NCBI RefSeq assembly: GCF_001447785.1
Contig: NW_015164216.1
Location: 310,001-374,000 of the forward strand
Direction of reading: 5' to 3'
DNA: 64,000 nt
From: Gekko japonicus
Lineage: Eukaryota
The translations under genes and the position numbers were made by a program. The notes beneath the pieces are model-generated. The model saw only the letters and a list, made by a program, of their open reading frames with translations, did not search any database and was not told the DNA's origin. Of this stretch, positions 1 through 10,958 are shown one piece after another (within the stretch, counting starts at the first letter, position 1; every line of letters starts with the position of its first letter).

Positions 1-300
1 GGATACCTAGACGACATCCTTTCTCCCAGTGCCACCCGCTGTCCCTGACCTTGGAGAAATGAGGTGAGCCACTTTAAGACTACCCCACGAACTTCTGTGT
101 CAGCAAGGTGGTGGGTCAGGAGATCGTGATCAACCATGTTGAATGCTGCTGTAAGATCTAACAGAAGCAGCAGTCCTGACTCGCCTCAATCCAGTTTGTC
201 TGTGGATCTCATCCATGAGGGCAACCAATGCCATCTCCATCCTGTGGCCGGGGTAGAAGCCAGACTGGAATGGGTCCAGGGCCAATTGCAGGAAATCTCC
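1..300 (-). mobile_element. L2-type LINE reverse transcriptase fragment (degenerate)
   Basis: Minus strand reads LDPFQSGFYPGHRMEMALVALMD, frameshift, GLLLLLDLTAAFNMVDHDLL...LKWLTSFLQGQGQRV. These are classic CR1/L2 RT motifs. Confidence 0.85.
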
Positions 301-3300
301 AGTCACCACATGGACATTGGCAACCCTAGTTGTGACCTTAAAGGGCCCATACTGTGTTGCTGCTATTGCAGCATTTCTCCTTGTCACCACTGTCCTGGTA
401 AGGTTTGCTACCCATTCTTGGTCCCAGTTCAAACACACCGCATACCCTGGAGATAGCCCTTTTCCCTGATGCACATAAAAATGCACTGGTGGTCTGACGT
501 CACTTTCTTTTCTTTTCTTTTCGGCAATAACATTGGGCTTTATTATAAGCTGGCATCACTTTCTGCCTCTTCCAGAATGGACTAAATTTCACATGTTCAA
601 AAAAGGATCAATATCCGTACCTCTTACTAGATACTTGCTTAATAGAGCCAGCAAGTATCAAATATCCCGAAGTATTGATGAAATTCACCAAAGAGTCACA
701 AATTTACTATTATTTGTATAACTTGACATGTTTCTCCTATGACACATAAAGGATCTCAACAGTTTATAAGTCTTCCTAAAGTTTGTGCAGAATATTATTA
801 GCAAATATGATTGTTGTTTAATGACTGCTGTTTAAACCCACAAATAATAGATTAAACACATTTTGCAATAACTTTTTATAAATATTATAGATATTTATAA
901 ATATTTTACCTATAATAGATAATATATGCTGTGTATGCTGCATCAGCTTCTAGAAAACTGGATCCCTCCTTCTAACATTCAAAATGAGTAATTGAATACA
1001 GTCAAAATTAGAACAAATGTGCTTCCATGAAGAATAAGCTTTCAAACAGATCGCTAGTATTTTTTAATATGTTCATTGCTGAAGATAAGGTTTAAAGCGT
1101 ACTTACATGATGCTAGCACTAAGCATATAAAAAGTTTGACATTTATACCCTGACAAGATGAGGAATTTTATAAATGAAGCTTTTGCTTCAGCAAGGGGAA
1201 ATAGTGATATGCTTGATATTTGGCATGTAGCCTTGAAAAGCCTAGGAGCCTTGTTAGTATCCTCTATGATAAAGCAAACAAATTAATTTGGTCTCCAGAT
1301 ATGGTTGGAAGTTACATTAAATAGTAACATTGGCCCAATTAGGGCCTGGATAACAGACCTTAGTGTGATTAGGATCTGGAGAGGGGGATCTGATTGACAC
1401 TCCAAGCTAGGAATACCTTTGGTGCCTGCTCTCTCCATTTCTTCAGCTTTTGAATATACCTGGCTATTTATTGAAACTGTTCTAGGGTTACCAACTCAAA
1501 GATGGGGCCTGGAGTTCCCAGAATTACAGCTCTAGTCTGCAGAGATCAGTTCATTTGGAGGAAACGGCAGTTCAGATGGTGGGCTCTAGGAAAGGGGTGT
1601 CAAACATGTGGCCCATGAGCCGGATCAGGCCGTCAGAGGGCTCCTATCCAGCCTGGAAGGAACTGGCTGTCTCCTGTTTCTTTCTCCAGTGTTGCTGCTG
1701 CATCACAGCTTGCACTGCCAGACCCTCTCAATCGCACAGGAGAGGTAGATCAGCAAGCTTCTGTTCCTCACACTGGAGGGAACGAGCCAGAGCTTGCTTC
1801 CTGGCCAGGCTGCCTCAATTGCACAGGAGACAAAGGCAAACCTTTCTTCCCATTCATTGGCTGAGGTTCCTCCCCTTCCTCCTGCCTTGCTTTGCTTAGC
1901 TGCCTCTATCGCATGGGGAAAATATAAAGCACCTTTAAGACCAACAAAGTTTTATTCAAGGTATGAGCTTTTTGCCTTACTACAGAGTGTGTTGTGTGTG
2001 TGTGTTTTGTTGGGATTGTTATGCCAGGGCTCTCCTGGGTGCAACTGGGTTCCCGTCTTCTTTTTCACTGTATTCATGCCCACATGATCCTGTCTTTCTC
2101 GCTAGGAAAGCAATGTGAACTATTTAGATGAGGAATAACAACAAGTCAGTGAGATGGATTAGGTTGAGAGCATGTGTCCAGACCAAGTTCACACAGCACA
2201 TTTCCTTTGTAGACTGGGGATTTTGAACCTAGACTTCACAGATCATAGGCTGATACTGACCACTATACATTGCTGCAGGACATGTATACATGTATGTATC
2301 TATTTTTTTATCATGGCTGCTGTTTTTCTATGATTCATATCTGTTTTGTTCTGTTTGGAGCAAAATTAACATCATTTTGATTTTAAAGTTGTTGCAACTA
2401 ATATTAGGCCTCTGACAGTTTCCTATAATGCAGAAGACAGAGGCATTCCTGAGGGAGGTATTGAAGCCAGAGAACAACCAGTTTGTGTGTTTCTATAACT
2501 GAAAAGCAGATCTGCTAGCCTGCTGAGCACATAGGTAGCTACGTAAGTACCAGCTTCACACAGCTGCAGATTAACACCTAGCTAAGCAACTAAGTAATTA
2601 AAACAGGTGCTCTGAATTTCTAACTGTGCCATAGCTGTTTAACCAACCTGCATATGCCAAATCACCATTTCACCCCATATGTTGTAGAAAAGCAATTCGC
2701 TACATTTTGTATAAAACTTGATCTTTTCGTTGCCATCTTGAGAGCAGTTGATTTTACCCATAGGGGCTGCTCTCCTTTTTCATTGCAATAAAAAGTTATT
2801 TTGTTCTTTGCTGATCCTGTCTGTGTGTGTGTATTGGGCAACCACACAAACGAAAAGTCACCATTTGAGTGCAATGTTGCTCTCTCTCTATTCTTGCACT
2901 CCCTCATAGGAGTTGTAGTTATTTCTCTGGGGAAGACTATAGTTTTGTAGACAAACACATAGCCCTCAGTCTGTGTCAGGATACATTCTCATGTTCTTGA
3001 CCAGCACACAAAGCAATGTATGTACAAAAGCTCAAAATGCCCAGCTATTTCATGTTTTCCCCTAGGGACTAGGCTCAGAACACTGAGCATGTGTCTTCTG
3101 TAATGAATGTCAATAAATCAAAAGTAGGTTTGCAGCTTACAGATACACACCGGAACAGCATACTCAAGATTGTTACAGCACAGACACTTTGATGCAATAA
3201 TTCAGAGCAACCTGTGTCAGTTATCAGAGACAAAATATTAAAATATAAACAAAATATTCCAAGCGTGCTAATGTGTTAAGCTTGTTTTATTTAAAGTTTT

Positions 3301-3341
3301 TAAAAAATCTTTAATTGTGTTTGTATCTTTTATAAAGTTTA

Positions 3342-5516
3342 CTAGGAAGAAGGCTCGTTGTGGAAATAAAGGCAACTGTGTCTAGAAAGAGGCTCTGGGA
3401 GAGTGCCCCGGCTGTGGGCAGTCAGTGTCAATTCGCAGTGGCAACCTGAGCAGGGTATAATGCCAGAGTCAGCATTGTCTCCAGGGTAAGTGTAGTGTGG
3501 AATCTGCCACCAGTAGGATTAGATGGTGCAGAGGTAGGTAATCTAGTGATCCTACACTGTTAAGGCAGCTTCAGACTCTCATTAGAGAAGGGGGCTGTTG
3601 TGTACGCTGACCACCACTGGGGGCCAGCGAACACCCTGAGCTTGAAGCGGGAATAACAATGGGGACTAGGATCCTAGTCCCTCCACTGGGGGAACCAATG
3701 GGACCGTGGCGGGAGATTCAAACCCGCCAATGGGACCCAGGGGTGTGCCCCTGGATATGTATATAGTTGGCCTGCCGGCCGTTGTTCTTTGTTCTCGTTG
3801 TGTGCCAAATAAAGTGTGCTATGCACTACGTTGTTGTCTGTCGTCCATCCATGCGGCAACCCACTACACAATAGGGGCACTGGAGAATAGGCTTGAAGCC
3901 TGATAGGTCACGAAAGGAATTGTTAGTGAAGTGAGTCTCATAGGTCAGGTCCCGTTTTCTGTCTTTAATTTTCCTGTGCTCCACTACCAGGTCTCTCTTT
4001 GGGGTTGGTAAGCATGGGGGGGGGGGAACACGCAGATCTGCCCACACAGAAGAGGGAGAGCTTGTACCTGAATAGAACTTGGTCCTAAAGGTGCCACTGG
4101 ACTGTGTTGGGTTGGTAGCTATGGGGGGGGACACGCAGATCTGCCATCACCGTGGAGGGAGAGTGTTTATCTGGAAAAACCTTGCTCTTAAAGGTGCCAG
4201 GGGACTGTCTTGGATTGCTAGCTATGGAGGGGGGGGGAACAGAGATCTGCGAAGAAGGAAAGGAGGAGAGAAGGAAAGCGAGAGCGAGAGCGAGAGAGAG
4301 AGAATAAAAGAAGGAAAGAAGGAGAGAGAGAGAAGGAAAGAAGGAAGGAAAGAGGGATGGAAATAAGGAAGAAGGAAGGAAAGTGAGAGAGAGAGAGGAG
4401 GGAAGGCAAAGAGACGGGGGGAGGCTCTCTGACCCCCCCCAATCAAGGCTGGCCATCCCATCACCCACCCACCCCCATTAAGGCCCCAGCGGTGGCAGCC
4501 GTCAGCAGCAGCAGTTACCGAGTGAGCGGAGAAGGAGGCGCGGGAAACTGTGACTGAGTGGCGGACAGCCGCGTGGAGAGATCTTTGGGAGGCATGAACG
4601 GAGGCTCCGTCCTGGGCAGGCAGGGCAGCAGCTCCCAGCAGCGTTCAGGCGGTGGCTATGGACGCGCCTGAGCCAGACCAAGTTCGGAGTGGTGGGGGTG
4701 TAATTGGAGCCAGCGGCGGGGCGATGACAATCCGACTCACCGGCAAAGAAGACGCTGCACGCCACCCAACCCTCCCAGCGGCTTGAGAAGCGGAGAGGGA
4801 GACGGGCCAACAACGTGCGGGGCACTGGGGAAGGAGAGGGAGCATGCCACCCGGCCCTCGCAGCAGCTTGAGAAGGGGGTGAGACGGGCTGGGGACGTGC
4901 GACACGCTGGGGAAGGAGAGGCAGCATGCCCCCTGGCCCTCGCAGTAGCTGCAGAAGCCAGGGTGGGGCAAAGACGGGCTGGTGATGGGCGGCGCGACGA
5001 GAGCACTTGGCCAGCCTGCGGGAGAACCAGGAACGGAGGAGGGCAAGAACCAGGCAGCGGCGGGGAGGGCCCGGGATGGCACCCTTCCAAAGGCAAGCCA
5101 GCTGTCAGAGGGAAGGGGAGGCGGTGTAAACCGCCTCTCCTTCTCTTGGCTTGCTCAGCTTCCCCGCGATCACGGGGAGGCCGAGCAAGCCGGCTCTTAG
5201 AGAGAAGGGGAGGCGGTGAAGTCTAGGCTGGCTCGGCCCGGGCCGGAGGGAGCGACCAGGCTGCATTGAGACCAGCCGGCCTGTCCTCCTGACTCCCCGC
5301 TGGAGTGGTCACCAGAGCGTCCACCCCACCCAATGCCTCCCTGGAGACTGAGGGCCAGACCCTGGGCAGCAGGTCTGTGGGCGGGATTGATGCAAGGCTG
5401 CAAAGCAAGGCAGCCAATGGAAAGGGACTGGGGTGAATGGCAGATGAGCGGGCCAACTGAATTTGGCGCGCATCGAATCTTGTCACCTGAAGTCCCGATT
5501 ATTATAAGGGGAGAGA
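3342..5516 (-). mobile_element. Non-autonomous Helitron (2175 bp)
   Basis: Minus strand begins 5'-TC and ends CTAG-3', inserted between host A and T with no TSD (empty site AAAGTTTA^TACCTCTGCTACC). A degenerate subterminal palindrome CTCGTTG...CAACTGTG lies near the CTAG end. No Rep/helicase ORF recognised. Confidence 0.75.
4250..4420 (+). repeat. Polypurine GA/GAAG-rich simple repeat inside the Helitron
   Basis: Read directly; it produces several low-complexity spurious ORFs. Confidence 0.9.
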
Positions 5517-6944
5517 TACCTCTGCTACCTGGCATTCCATTTTCTGACACACATGGCCCGGCACAACAAGGTCTCATTTATGTCAGATCCGGCCCTCATA
5601 AAAAATGAGTCCGAGACCACTGCTCTAGGGTATCATGGACTGAGCTCCACTCCACACACACACACACACACCACTCCCCAGGCACTGCCACCAAATTCCC
5701 AGGAATTTTCCAGGCTGGAGTTGGCAGCCCTACTTTGTAGCTAAAGATGTGAATGCCTTGAAAAAAATCCTGGGAAAAGAAATCTTTGCTGCCATTTCCA
5801 CCATCCTCCCCCAGGATTAAAAAAAAATTCTAGCAGAAACATTGGAAATTTTGCAGAGCACTGAAAAAACCCTCCTTTGAAATATTTCCTGTTAGGAATG
5901 AGTGAAATGCTTTTCAGGACATGGTTAGAATGTGTAGCCTTTTATGTAAGGCCCTATACAACATTAAAGACAGGGATGTAGGCAGCCATGGCTAAATGTG
6001 GTAGATCGCTTTCAGCTTCCCCCAAGAGGGCTATTCCCCCCCCCCCCTTGCAGCCATTCTTAGGAGTGAAAGAGCATCTGCAGGAACAGCCACAGCAGTT
6101 GCTAGACCCCAAGGGTGGCTGAAAGGGGCTTTAGGGGTTAGAGTTCAGAACAAAACCTGCTGAGATGCTAGGACTGCTGCAAAAAGGCATATCTGCAAGG
6201 CCTATTTTGTGAGTGGGAAAATCCTCATCCCTGAACCACAGGCCCTGCTTCTGCCCTTCCTCCACTTCCACTCCCCAACACATTCTTTTCCAGCCAACTG
6301 TCTGTAGACTATGAGGTATTTTCACAATATAATTGGAAAATGCAATTACACTGCCATTCACAAAGCAAGCAAGAAATGAAGGAAACGTATTAGTATTGCC
6401 TCTTTAATGGATATCTCAAAAATTATAATTCTTTTATTATCTACTTCTGGTGAAAGTCATTGGCCACTGGATTTATTTAAAGGATGGCCAGCAACTTGCC
6501 ATTAGGTACTTTTCAAGCCACATTCCCGAGCACTTGAGTCCATTTTTCATACAGCAATTCCACTGTTACTGGTCACCAGCAAATGGAAATTTTGCCTTCT
6601 CAAAAATAAAGACACAAATTGTCCTTCAGTCTACAGTATGGTGATGCCCTTAGGGAAGGAGAAGTTCTCTCTGAAAACAATTCTTCACATTTCTAGAAAT
6701 GAACTACAGTATCGAATGACCAGATTTCTCTCTCAGCCCAGGAGTATCCCAATCACACATTATATTCACTTTCATACATTTGGGCCACGCTTCATTTGGG
6801 GACATTATCATAGGGCAATTGAAACATGGCCCCCACTGAAAAGGTAACAGAGTTTACTTGACTACTTTTACAGGCAACTTCCTTATTGGAATAAAGAAGC
6901 CAGCCCCAATGTTTAATGGAGCTAGCCCTCAGAAGTCTCAGGCA

Positions 6945-7543
6945 CCAAGAGTATACAGAGGGACTATGACATCTTGTGATTTGGATGTTATGATTCTGTT
7001 GATACACCCGAAGATCACATTAGCCTTTTTTGTTGCTGCATCACACCGGCTGCTCATATTACAGTCCACCCATAGCCCAAGATCTTGTTCACACACACAC
7101 TGCTACCCGGTATGTGTGTTCTTCATTTTTGTTACCCAGATATAGAACTCGGCAGTTATCTTTGTTAAATTACAACTTGTTCACATCTGCCTACTTTTCC
7201 AGTGTGTTCAGACCTCATTGAATTCTATTTCTATCTTCTGGTGTGTTTGCTCCTTGTCCCAATTTGGTGTCACCTCCAAATTTAATGAGTAGTCCCTCTA
7301 CATCATTATCCAGATCATTTATAAAAATGTTGAAAAGTACTGGGCCCAGAACTGTGCCCTGTGGCACCCCGCTAGACACCTCCCCCTCCATTCAGATGAA
7401 ATACCATTGACAACTACTCTTTGAGTGTGGTTCTCCAACCAGTACCTTATCCACCTAACTATCCTAGAGTCCAGTCCACAGTCCTCTAGTTTACCCATCA
7501 TAACATCATGGGGAACACTATCAAAAGCGTTACTGAAATCCAC
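6945..7543 (-). mobile_element. CR1 LINE ORF2 (RT) fragment
   Basis: DFSNAFDSVPHD...WLENHTQRVVVNG, frameshift, SGVPQGTVLGPVLFNIFINDLD...IKFGGDTKLG; contains stops. Confidence 0.9.
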
Positions 7544-8042
7544 AAACAGTGTCTAACAGAAGATTGTGAGATAGAAAGTTTTTGCCCTATTACTCTTTAA
7601 AAAGAGTCTTATCCAAATACTCACAGTGCCACAAGCATGCACTCAAGGGGGATGGTATGGGTCTCCCATCAGAGCAGTGTGATGTTATTTGGCTACTTAA
7701 AATGTTTGGTGTATCACCCATGGTCAGGATGGTACAGGTCAGGTCACGGTATGTTGTGTGGGAGAGGATGACTGATTCTTGCTCCAAACTTTACTCTTTC
7801 TCTGTGAATTTTGTCACGACCCACCAACACAGACAAACGAAAAGTTCAGATATCATCACAACAGCAATTTAGGTAGCTGAATGTCGATGCATAATCACAG
7901 GTAGGAGAACAACTTTGCAAGAGGAACGAGGAAGATATAATCAAGGGGATGACATCCATAAAATGTCAACCCCAAAATAATAAATACAGCTTCAGCAGAC
8001 AGCTGCAACAAATACAGTATAGAAGTCCTCAATTCATTTTTC

Positions 8043-8165
8043 AGGGAGAAGCTTGGAGCTTTGACTCTCGAAAGCCCATGCCCTGAAAATTCTGTTCGTC
8101 TCTAAGGTGCTACTGGGCTCAAATCTCGCTCTTCTACTGCAGACCAACACGGCTATCCTCTGAAA
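8043..8165 (+). mobile_element. Penelope-type terminal (pseudo-LTR) fragment
   Basis: GAGCTTTGACTCTCGAAAGCCCAT...CTCTAAGGTGCTACTGG is the same family as the arms at 18634-18850. Family assignment is from recall. Confidence 0.55.
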
Positions 8166-8178
8166 ACATCATAACAAT

Positions 8179-8539
8179 CAGGGCTATTTTGGGGCAGGAA
8201 CGCACAGGAACGGAGTTCCGGCTGGCTTCAGAGTTGGCCACACCCACTACAGCCAAAACCTCTGCGTGCGTGGCTACAGAGGGAAGGACTGGAGAGTGAC
8301 CCCCTCCCAGCGACTCCGAGGTGGGCGGGCCAGGGGGGGCCTGGAAGTTTAAACTGCCTTTCCTACCCTCCAAGGGCCGGCTTGCCCGGGCTCCCCGCAG
8401 TTGGCATGGGGTGTGGCCTAATATGCTAATGAGCTGTGTCATCAGGGTGTGGCCTAATATGCAAATTATCTATGCTGTTAGGGTGTGGCCTCTTATGCTA
8501 ATGAGTTCCTGCTGGGCTTTTTCTACAAAAAAAGCCCTG
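8179..8539. mobile_element. hAT MITE (361 bp)
   Basis: TIRs CAGGGCTATTTT.../...AAAAAAGCCCTG. Perfect 8-bp TSD ATAACAAT (8171-8178, 8540-8547). Three internal GGGTGTGGCCTAATATGC-like repeats. Confidence 0.9.
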
Positions 8540-9834
8540 ATAACAATAGTCCTTTTACTAGGCTGTATCTTGTAGTCTGGGTTTTCCGTGCTCACTCTCA
8601 GCTTTGGCTTGTGATCAAGTATATCAAGATGGATGGATGGATGGATGGGGAGAGTCCAAAGTACATCTAGGCAGACTCCCATTCAGTGTTCTCTTGCATG
8701 GCATTTGTGTTTTGTGACTGCCTACTTTCAAAACTCCTTCCAAATTAGACTCATTCTGTGACTACCCAGCAGCTGCCACTGGCTGTCCCCAGCTTTTTTT
8801 TGGGGGGGGGGATTCACAGAGATAGTGGAAGACAACCAGAACAAAGCCCTTCAAAAAATCAAGTATAAAATAACAATGCTTATAATGTTAAGCCCAGGCA
8901 GAAAACAAACACTGGAGGAGGGAAAGCCAAAATGAGAAGTACAGACTCAGTCACCACTTTGCAACCTCAGTTTCCACATATTTTTATACTTTAAGTGTTA
9001 AGGTGAACATGTACCCCCTTTTTCAAAACTATGGAACACTTATGTAGGTTACCAGAAGCTAAATAATTTCTAGACATTCTTTCTACGGGTGTTACAAAGC
9101 CGTAGTTCTGGCAGCTTCAACCTGCAGTAAACTAGTAAGCATGGCCAAGGCAAGGGAAGACAGATGCATGAAATGGAACTTCGCCAGGCTTTCTGACAGG
9201 GCTGGCAATCAATGCAAAGAGCTTTCAGGTTACCAACTAGACCAGACACTGGGAAAGATCAAAGCACTCACACCTCCCACTGGCTACATTCTGTACCTCC
9301 CTGAGGAGGCTTGTCTCACAGTTTTAAAATATGTGGAAGTACTTCTCAGTGCACTTGGCGGAAGATAACCAAATGGCTGGTGGTTTCAGGTTTAGTGATT
9401 TTGCCATGTAAATAAACTAGGAAGGCAATCCTCTTTTTTATTATTTTTTAGGAACTTCATAGCTTTTGTTTTCTCTCATCATTGTAACATTTGTGAGGAT
9501 TGCTGTAAGGAGCACGATTCTGTGAACCACAGAAGTGACTCAGTGTTCCATTCAGCCGCCATATGATAGGACCCCTGATACTTTCACAGGGAGGCATCAC
9601 CACAGTAAACCAGTCTCCGTGAAAGCTCTGTGTTGCGATTTGAATGTTGATGTGTATATTTGATTATTTTTGGAGTCAAACAAAATGGGATTTATAGCAG
9701 GAGTCTAGATCCCTGACCCCATTTTTGCTCAAAAACTGTTAATGAACTTTTGCTTCTGTGTTTATCAATCAACAATTTCAATATTAGGTGAATTGTAGAA
9801 AAGCCATCACAAATCAGACACCATAGATAGCATT

Positions 9835-10030
9835 TCATAACCCATGAAGCTGTCTTGTACAGAGTCAGTCCACTGGTTTATCAAGGGCAGTATCATCTGC
9901 TGTGACTGGCGGCAGTGGGTCTCAGGTCAAGATCTTCCACATCACCTGATCCTTTCAACTGGAGATGTTGGGGATTGAACCTTGAACCTTCCGTATGCTG
10001 AGCAGATGGCCCACCACTAAGCCATGCCCC
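9835..10030 (-). mobile_element. Old tRNA-derived SINE; further copies at ~34555-34752 (+) and ~56940-57088 (+)
   Basis: On minus: tRNA-like head GGCTTAGTGGT...GGTTCAATCCCC, then a shared CTGCCAGTCA...AGCTTCAT tail. Confidence 0.6.
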
Positions 10031-10447
10031 CTACTCAAACACATTAATTAAAACACATTATGTTTCAGGTAGGCAATGGGCATATTGATGGGCAAGTCAT
10101 TAATATTCTGCCATGATAATATTCTCAGTGATCTGTAGATACATGAATAATCTATTAACCTTCTGATTCTATAAATCAAGAAGTGGAAAGGTGCTGTTAA
10201 CAATGACACTGCAGTATGATAGTCTCACAATTTATCTTCAGTGGTTGATTATGCACTATCTGAATTTACTTAATCAGAATAATCAACAGCATCTTCCATT
10301 ACAACATAGCCTTTCACATGATTGAAAATGGAGGACTTCTCACATATTTCTTTTCTCTTCAGTGCTGTTATAATCTTATTTGCTGTTCTTAATAGTTCAT
10401 ACACTCTTTGTGTGTTCATTCTGCCTATGTAACAATCCATTTGCCTT

Positions 10448-10958
10448 GAGCTGGATAGCCCAGGCTAGCCCTCATTATCTCATTATATCTTGGAAGGTCC
10501 CTGCCACACGGGGGGGGGTATGGGCATGTGTGAGCATGCGCAGTTCAGCCAGGACCCTGGGATGTGCTGGCAGAAGGACGCGCCGGTGATCCCACAGCCG
10601 GGCTTGATGCGGCCGTGCTGGAAAGTCCACCTCGGTAGGTGGTGTATTTTTGCTGTGGCTTTTCGGGCGGAAGGGCCGGATCGGGGACGGGTGCGCAACG
10701 CTTCCCAGATGTTGCGGTGGGATTGCGCCCATTTGCTGCTCCCCTGATCCGTCCCTCTCCCGGCCCAAAACCTTTCGTGTAACCAGGGCTGAAATTAAGC
10801 AGAATTGGCCTTGGGAAGTATTTTGATTGGAGACCGCCAAGGAAACAAGGGTCGTGATGTGGAGGCAGCCAATGGCAAATCACCTCTGAATGTCTCTTGC
10901 CTTGAAAATCCAGTGAGGTTGTCATAAGTCAGCTATAACTTGACAGCAAAAAAAAAAA
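10448..10958 (+). mobile_element. 5S rRNA-derived SINE interrupted by a CpG-rich putative MITE (~10469-10790)
   Basis: Head CTGGATAGCCCAGGCTAGCC resumes at ~10790 with 5S-like TAAGCAG...GGAGACCGCCAAGGAA and ends in an A tail. The insert has weak TIRs GCCCT.../...AGGGC. Confidence 0.55.

Larger units (their letters stand above)
1592..5622. mobile_element. hAT (Charlie-like) non-autonomous element, interrupted
   Basis: Termini (C/A)AGGGGTGTCAAAC...GTCCGAGACCACTG. 8-bp TSD CTCTAGGA (1584-1591) / CTCTAGGG (5623-5630), close to the NTCTAGAN Charlie target. Confidence 0.75.
1483..5732. mobile_element. Old hAT (Blackjack-like) MITE split by nested insertions; halves at 1483-1591 and 5623-5732
   Basis: Termini TAGGGTTACCAAC...GTTGGCAGCCCTA. 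The two halves join into an element colinear with the intact copy at 31526-31729. Confidence 0.7.

Noticed and set aside
4079-5608. Cluster of long overlapping ORFs
   Set aside because: All lie in the GC-rich, low-complexity Helitron interior, are open in several frames on both strands, and show no recognisable domain.
8408-8505. Short spaced direct repeats (GGGTGTGGCCTAATATGC x3) resembling a CRISPR array
   Set aside because: Internal subterminal repeats of a TSD-flanked hAT MITE in a vertebrate genome; no unique spacers or cas genes.
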